Origin: Bdellovibrionota bacterium
GTDB lineage: Bacteria; Bdellovibrionota_C; UBA2361
DNA: 21,572 nt
Reading direction: 5' to 3'
Assembly (NCBI GenBank): GCA_044352465.1
Contig: JBILDU010000049.1
Coordinates: forward strand, 1-21,572
This document shows positions 16,756 to 21,572 of this stretch, in pieces; position 1 is the first letter of the stretch, and each line of letters begins with the position of its first letter. Under the pieces are notes generated by a model. It saw only the letters and a program-made list of their open reading frames with translations, made no database searches and was not told where the DNA came from. Made by a program: the position numbers and the translations under genes.

Positions 16756-17954
16756 CCTCACCGTTCCCCCTTGTTCCTCCGTTCGGTGGGCCGCGGGGCG
16801 GCACACCGCAGCCGCGTGGAATCGCTGTGTTCGGTGCGACCGGATCTATCGGTCGGTCGGCGCTCGATGTTGTGCGCGCATCGCCCGAGCTCTTTAAGGT
16901 GCGTGCCCTCGCCGCTGGTCGAAACGAAGCGGCGCTTCTGCCGCTTGTGGATGAGTTCGGCCCCCGCTGGGCGTCGCTTGATACCCCGTGGTCTGCAACT
17001 GCTTCGCGTCGATCCGGTACAGAATATCTGGTCGGGGGTGAGTCCTTGTGTCGAATCGCCTCTGATCCCTCGATTGATGTCGTCCTCGCCGCCGTTGTTG
17101 GAATGGCGGGGCTGGCGCCGGTCCTGGCCGCGCTCGAGAGTGGTAAAACCGTAGCGCTCGCCAATAAAGAGAGTCTGGTGATGGCGGGGGAGCTCGTCAC
17201 CGCGATCTGCGAGCGCAGCGGTGGGCATATCGTGCCGGTTGACAGCGAACACTCGGCTCTTTTTCAGGCGCTCCAAGGCTCAGTTCGCGAGGAGATCGAG
17301 TCGCTTATTCTGACAGCCTCGGGTGGACCGTTTCTACAAACCCCGGTCGCTGCCCTTCGCTCCGTCACCCCGGCGCAGGCGTTAAAGCACCCGCGCTGGG
17401 CGATGGGGGCTAAGATCTCGATCGATTCCGCGACGATGGTCAATAAAGCGCTCGAGGTGATCGAGGCTGCATGGCTCTTCGGTGTACCGCCGGAGCGAAT
17501 TCGTGTGGTGGTACATCCACAGAGTGTCGTTCATTCGGTGGTTGAATTCGTTGATGGCGTGTCGCTCGCGCAACTTTCCCATCCCGATATGAAAGGGCCA
17601 ATCGCCTACGCTCTCGGCTATCCTCACGCCCGCATTCGAGGAACGATGCCGCGGCTCTCTCTCACCGAGGTCGGTAAACTCGAGTTTATGGAGCTCGATG
17701 AGGTAAAGTTCCCCGCCGTTCGGCTCGGTAAGGCGGCGCTATCGGCCGGTGGAGCGATGGCTGCGGTTTACTCGGTAGCCAACGAAGTGGCGGTTGGCGC
17801 TTTTCTATCGGGGAGGTTATCGTTTTTAGGGATTGTGCCGATGATAGAGGCGGCACTGACCCGATTTAGCGGCGCCGCCTACAGTGATCTAAAGAGCTTA
17901 CAGGCGGTGTCCGCGGACGTGGCGCGGTGGGTTACGGAGCAGTGTTCCACGTAA
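16749..17954 (+). CDS. dxr: 1-deoxy-D-xylulose 5-phosphate reductoisomerase
   Basis: GATGSIG, LANKESLV, PVDSEHSA, LTASGGPF and HPRWAMGAKISIDSATMVNKALE. Confidence 0.98.
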   Translation: MVASPFPLVPPFGGPRGGTPQPRGIAVFGATGSIGRSALDVVRASPELFKVRALAAGRNEAALLPLVDEFGPRWASLDTPWSATASRRSGTEYLVGGESLCRIASDPSIDVVLAAVVGMAGLAPVLAALESGKTVALANKESLVMAGELVTAICERSGGHIVPVDSEHSALFQALQGSVREEIESLILTASGGPFLQTPVAALRSVTPAQALKHPRWAMGAKISIDSATMVNKALEVIEAAWLFGVPPERIRVVVHPQSVVHSVVEFVDGVSLAQLSHPDMKGPIAYALGYPHARIRGTMPRLSLTEVGKLEFMELDEVKFPAVRLGKAALSAGGAMAAVYSVANEVAVGAFLSGRLSFLGIVPMIEAALTRFSGAAYSDLKSLQAVSADVARWVTEQCST

Positions 17955-17990
17955 GATCATCAAGCGCCACCCAATTCTGGTACTAACCAT

Positions 17991-19154
17991 ATGATATTGA
18001 TATCGATCTTAGTCCTCGGTTTTCTTATTTTCGTACACGAATTAGGCCACTTTCTCTTGGCGAAGTGGAACAATGTGGGGGTGGTTGAGTTCGCTATCGG
18101 TTTCGGCCGTCCTTTGATACAACGCCGCTACGGGGAGACGGTGTATTCCCTCCGACTTATTCCGCTCGGTGGTTATGTGCGCATGGTTGGAGATGACCCG
18201 CGGGCTCTGTCCGAGATCGCAACCACGGGGGGAGAGGGGGCGCGCGCCGAGTCCTCACTCACCGGCTCCGATGTGCCGACAGCCCCGGAGCTCGTAGCAG
18301 ATCGTAGTCGTTGGTTTTTGTCGAAGGGGTATTGGCCAAAATTTTCCATCGTCCTCGCTGGCCCAGCTTTTAATCTGATCTTCGCGGTGTTCGCCGCGAT
18401 AGGTTCCTTCGCGATCTTCGGGCGCGATGTTCCCCTTGAGACCCCGAGCATCGGGGGGGTTGTTCCGGCGTATCCCGCGGAGAAGGCTGGCCTCAAAAAA
18501 GGTGACACGGTGCTTTCGATCGACGGGGTCGGTGTGGCCTCGTGGTTAGAGCTCGCTGAGCGGGTCGCGCAATCGGGTGGAAAGGAGATGTCTTTCCTTG
18601 TCGAGCGGGTTGGAGCTGATACCGGCGCGAAGGAGGAGGTTCGGTTGGCAGTGACGGGGACAGCTGAAGCCTCGGAGCTCGCCGTTCTGGACCGCCGTAC
18701 CGAATCGAAAACACCGCGGTATAAGATCGGGATCGTCCCTGCGACGGAGCGAGAGGCGGTGTCAATTTTTGCCGCTATGAAAGCTGGGGTGTTGCATGTG
18801 GCGTATCTTTCCGAGCTGACCGTTAGGGGGCTTTGGGGGATGGTTCAAGGGGCGATCTCGCCTCGGCACATCGGTGGCCCGATCTTCATCTTCAAAGAGG
18901 CTGCGCAGAGCGCCGAAAGGGGCGTCGCCGACCTTATCGGATTCATGGTTTTCCTCTCGGTTAGCTTGGCGATCCTCAATCTCTTGCCGATTCCGATCCT
19001 TGACGGGGGGCACCTTGTGTTTTTTACGATTGAGGCGATCAAAGGGAGTCCCGTGAGTCTCCGGTTTCAGGAGCGGGCCAATCAGCTGGGGATGGCGCTT
19101 CTCCTGCTTCTCATGGTCTTCGCCATGGGGAACGACATCTTGAAGCTCTTGTGA
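17991..19154 (+). CDS. rseP: RIP (site-2) metalloprotease RseP with PDZ domain
   Basis: HELGH, LIPLGGYVRM, AGPAFN, PDZ region PAEKAGLKKGD and NLLPIPILDGGH. Confidence 0.97.
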   Translation: MILISILVLGFLIFVHELGHFLLAKWNNVGVVEFAIGFGRPLIQRRYGETVYSLRLIPLGGYVRMVGDDPRALSEIATTGGEGARAESSLTGSDVPTAPELVADRSRWFLSKGYWPKFSIVLAGPAFNLIFAVFAAIGSFAIFGRDVPLETPSIGGVVPAYPAEKAGLKKGDTVLSIDGVGVASWLELAERVAQSGGKEMSFLVERVGADTGAKEEVRLAVTGTAEASELAVLDRRTESKTPRYKIGIVPATEREAVSIFAAMKAGVLHVAYLSELTVRGLWGMVQGAISPRHIGGPIFIFKEAAQSAERGVADLIGFMVFLSVSLAILNLLPIPILDGGHLVFFTIEAIKGSPVSLRFQERANQLGMALLLLLMVFAMGNDILKLL

Positions 19155-19849
19155 TGAAACGGTGGACGCTGGCGCTCGATACGTCGACCTCGCGTGCGCA
19201 CGTAGGGCTCGTCGAGGAGTCATCCCCGGATGGCGACCGCGCGGAGTCGCCAGTGGCGCTGCTTCTTTCGAGCTCCGGTATCAATAGCCATCACGAGGAG
19301 CTTTCCCTTCTCGTTGAGCGTGTTTTGGAGACAGCCAGTGCGCCTTCCGCTGCGATCTCGCGGGTGGTTGTCGGGGCAGGGCCCGGTTCGTTCACCGGAC
19401 TGCGGATCGGCTACAGCTTTGCGCGTGGTTTCTCGCTCAGTTTGGGGGTTCCGCTTTTTGGTGTTTCCTCTCTCCTCGGAGCGGCGTGGGAGTTTCGCGC
19501 GCAGTCAAGCGGTCTTGTGTCCCTCCTCGATGCGGGGCGGGGCGAGCTCTTTGTCGGGGTGTATCGCTCTGACGGAGAGCGACTGAGCGAAGTACACGCT
19601 CCGGAAATCGTTCCTCGCGATACGCTTACTCGCCACGTCGAGCGTGTGCTCGGAGGGGTGAGCCCGCTCTACGTTTCGCTGGCCGAGGGGGAGACGACTG
19701 AGTGTCGAATTCCCCGGGCTGTCACCGTTGGATTAGTGGATGCGTTTCGCGCGGAGGGGCGCACTGAACCGCGTCCGCTTGATCTTGCTCCGGAGTATCT
19801 GCGGGCGGTAGCGGCTAAGACTATCGCCGAGCGACGGGGTGCCGCCTAG
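19151..19849 (+). CDS. tsaB: tRNA threonylcarbamoyladenosine biosynthesis protein TsaB
   Basis: LALDTST, VGAGPGSFTGLRIG, DAGRGELF and PEYLR; overlaps the rseP stop (start 19151 or 19154). Confidence 0.93.
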   Translation: MMKRWTLALDTSTSRAHVGLVEESSPDGDRAESPVALLLSSSGINSHHEELSLLVERVLETASAPSAAISRVVVGAGPGSFTGLRIGYSFARGFSLSLGVPLFGVSSLLGAAWEFRAQSSGLVSLLDAGRGELFVGVYRSDGERLSEVHAPEIVPRDTLTRHVERVLGGVSPLYVSLAEGETTECRIPRAVTVGLVDAFRAEGRTEPRPLDLAPEYLRAVAAKTIAERRGAA

Positions 19850-19881
19850 CTGGGAGCATCTGAAGGGGATGATCAGATATA

Positions 19882-19910
19882 TTGACAGGTGAGGTCGCTC
19901 GGCGTAACCT
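19882..19910 (+). promoter_or_regulatory. Sigma70 promoter of rho
   Basis: TTGACA (19882-19887)-17 nt-TAACCT (19905-19910). Confidence 0.7.
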
Positions 19911-19932
19911 TTGAGTATCCATTAAGTGCACA

Positions 19933-19992
19933 CCAAGTTTCCCTCCTTCAAGTTCTAAAACGTCAAGTTCTAAAACTTCAATATTTTCAAAT
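19933..19992 (+). repeat. 15-nt-period tandem repeat in the rho leader
   Basis: CCAAGTTTCCCTCCT / TCAAGTTCTAAAACG / TCAAGTTCTAAAACT / TCAATATTTTCAAAT; the middle two units match at 14 of 15 positions. Confidence 0.8.
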
Positions 19993-20128
19993 TGTTGAGA
20001 ATAAGGGGGAATTCAGCGGTAGTCCGTAATTACGGTATGCGTCCTCGATTTTCACGGGGGCAGCCTTGGCGGGGTCGCTCCTGCCTGTTGCGGGCGAATC
20101 AATTTTTCATAGTTGGGATGAACAGAAG

Positions 20129-21385
20129 ATGAATCTGAACGAGTTAAAGCACCTGAAGTCTGAGGAGATCATGAAGTTGGCGGCCGACTTCGAGATCGAG
20201 GGCGCCAATACGATGCGCCGTCAGGAACTTATATTCGCCATTTTGGCGGCGCAGTCTGAGTCGAACGGCAGTATCTATGCCGAAGGAGTGCTTGAATGCC
20301 TGCCAGATGGGTTCGGCTTTTTACGGGCGCCTGATTATAACTACCTCCCCGGTTCGGACGATATTTACGTATCGCCCGCCCAGATTCGGCGGTTCGGCTT
20401 GAAGACCGGTGATACCGTCGAGGGGCAGATTCGTCCACCGCGCGAGAAAGAGGGGGAGCGTTACTTCGCGCTCCTGAAGGTTAATTCGGTAAACCACGAT
20501 AGCCTTGAGGCGCTGAAGACAAAGATTCATTTCGATAACCTGACGCCGATCTATCCGAATGAGCGATTAAAGCTTGAGGGAAAGAAGGGTGGCATGTCGA
20601 CCCGGGTCATGGACCTCTTTGCGCCGATCGGGAAGGGGCAGCGCGGGCTTATTGTGGCTCCGCCCCGCACCGGTAAGACCGTCCTGCTGCAGAATATCGC
20701 GAACGCCATTACCGAGAATCACCCTGAGGTGGTGCTTATCGTTCTGCTGATCGATGAGCGGCCGGAGGAGGTCACCGACATGCAGCGCAACGTGAACGGT
20801 GAAGTGGTGAGCTCGACGTTTGATGAGCCGGCACAGCGTCACGTTCAGGTGGCGGAGATGGTCATCGAGAAGGCCAAGCGTCTCGTTGAACACAAGCGTG
20901 ACGTCGTTATTCTGCTCGATTCGATTACGCGGTTGGCGCGTGCGTATAACACGGTCGTTCCGCCGAGCGGAAAGATCCTCTCGGGCGGTGTGGACTCGAA
21001 CGCCCTGCACAAGCCGAAGCGATTCTTTGGTGCAGCGCGAAACATCGAGGAAGGGGGGAGCCTCACGATTATCGGCACCGCGCTGATCGATACCGGTTCG
21101 AGGATGGACGAGGTCATATTCGAAGAGTTTAAAGGCACCGGTAACATGGAGTTGGTCCTTGACCGGAAGTTGGTTGAGCGGCGCGTTTTTCCAGCGATCG
21201 ACATTAATAAATCGGGTACACGTAAGGAAGATCTCCTTCTCAAGCCCGACGTGCTTCAAAAAGTGTGGCTCTTGCGGAAAGTGCTCAATCCGCTCAACGT
21301 CGTTGAAGCGATGGAGTGGCTCCAGAGTAAGATGGAAGGCTCCAAGGGGAACAAGGAGTTTCTCGATATGATGAAGGGGCAATAG
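20129..21385 (+). CDS. rho: Transcription termination factor Rho
   Basis: MNLNELK start, [37 protein letters not shown] and FKGTGNME. Confidence 0.99.
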   Translation: MNLNELKHLKSEEIMKLAADFEIEGANTMRRQELIFAILAAQSESNGSIYAEGVLECLPDGFGFLRAPDYNYLPGSDDIYVSPAQIRRFGLKTGDTVEGQIRPPREKEGERYFALLKVNSVNHDSLEALKTKIHFDNLTPIYPNERLKLEGKKGGMSTRVMDLFAPIGKGQRGLIVAPPRTGKTVLLQNIANAITENHPEVVLIVLLIDERPEEVTDMQRNVNGEVVSSTFDEPAQRHVQVAEMVIEKAKRLVEHKRDVVILLDSITRLARAYNTVVPPSGKILSGGVDSNALHKPKRFFGAARNIEEGGSLTIIGTALIDTGSRMDEVIFEEFKGTGNMELVLDRKLVERRVFPAIDINKSGTRKEDLLLKPDVLQKVWLLRKVLNPLNVVEAMEWLQSKMEGSKGNKEFLDMMKGQ

Positions 21386-21400
21386 AGGGGGTTGAGCCTG

Positions 21401-21572
21401 ATGGCGGATAGCCCCTTAAAGATCCTCGCCGTTGACGATAACTCGGACGCTTTGTTTGTCCTTGAGGAAGCGCTCGTCCGTCGCGGCTTCGTGGTTGTTA
21501 CCGCGGGCTCTGGGGTCGAGGCGCTGAAGCGGGCCTCAGAGGAGCGCCCCGACATCGTGCTCCTTGATATAA
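21401..21572 (+). CDS. Response-regulator receiver domain protein, N-terminal fragment (truncated by window end)
   Basis: Manual translation MADSPLKILAVDDNSDALFVLEEALVRRGFVVVTAGSGVEALKRASEERPDIVLLDI shows the acidic DD pocket and the phospho-acceptor Asp. Not in the ORF track. Confidence 0.9.
   Translation, partial: MADSPLKILAVDDNSDALFVLEEALVRRGFVVVTAGSGVEALKRASEERPDIVLLDI

Noticed and set aside
19933..19992. CRISPR array (this repeat and the one at 10579-10616)
   Set aside because: Units are short, directly adjacent with no spacers, and there are no cas genes.
20066..20128. Longer TTG start for rho in the ORF track
   Set aside because: Rho similarity begins at MNLNELK (20129). The longer starts at 271, 3309, 12826 and 13684 were likewise replaced by downstream ATGs with better SD or homology.
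20567..21382. 271-aa antisense ORF within rho
   Set aside because: Codon-aligned antisense shadow of a conserved gene in GC-rich DNA, with no recognisable motifs.

Overview
GC-rich bacterial chromosomal window, mostly housekeeping genes. The gene order and protein styles suggest a delta-proteobacteria-like lineage (inference). Left to right: end of an oxidative pentose-phosphate operon (zwf 3' end, opcA, pgl) with a closely coupled acyl-CoA dehydrogenase; a small accessory patch (Bor/Iss-like lipoprotein, a decayed VOC/glyoxalase pseudogene absent from the ORF track, ketopantoate reductase, an exported hypothetical protein and a stand-alone 755-aa VirD4/TrwB/HerA-like P-loop ATPase resembling the family common in Patescibacteria); a YycJ-like MBL hydrolase; purB-purS-purQ without purC/purL; the conserved rpsB-tsf-pyrH-frr-uppS-cdsA-dxr-rseP-tsaB cluster; rho; and the start of a response regulator. 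Non-coding signals include an S2/t44-like rpsB leader RNA, a long G-U-rich hairpin between rpsB and tsf, a terminator after tsf, a consensus promoter with a repeat-containing leader before rho, and a 19-nt tandem duplication before purS. No rRNA, tRNA, CRISPR array or transposase was seen. The best candidate for an undescribed system is the orphan ATPase. All calls come from motif recognition by eye, with no database search.
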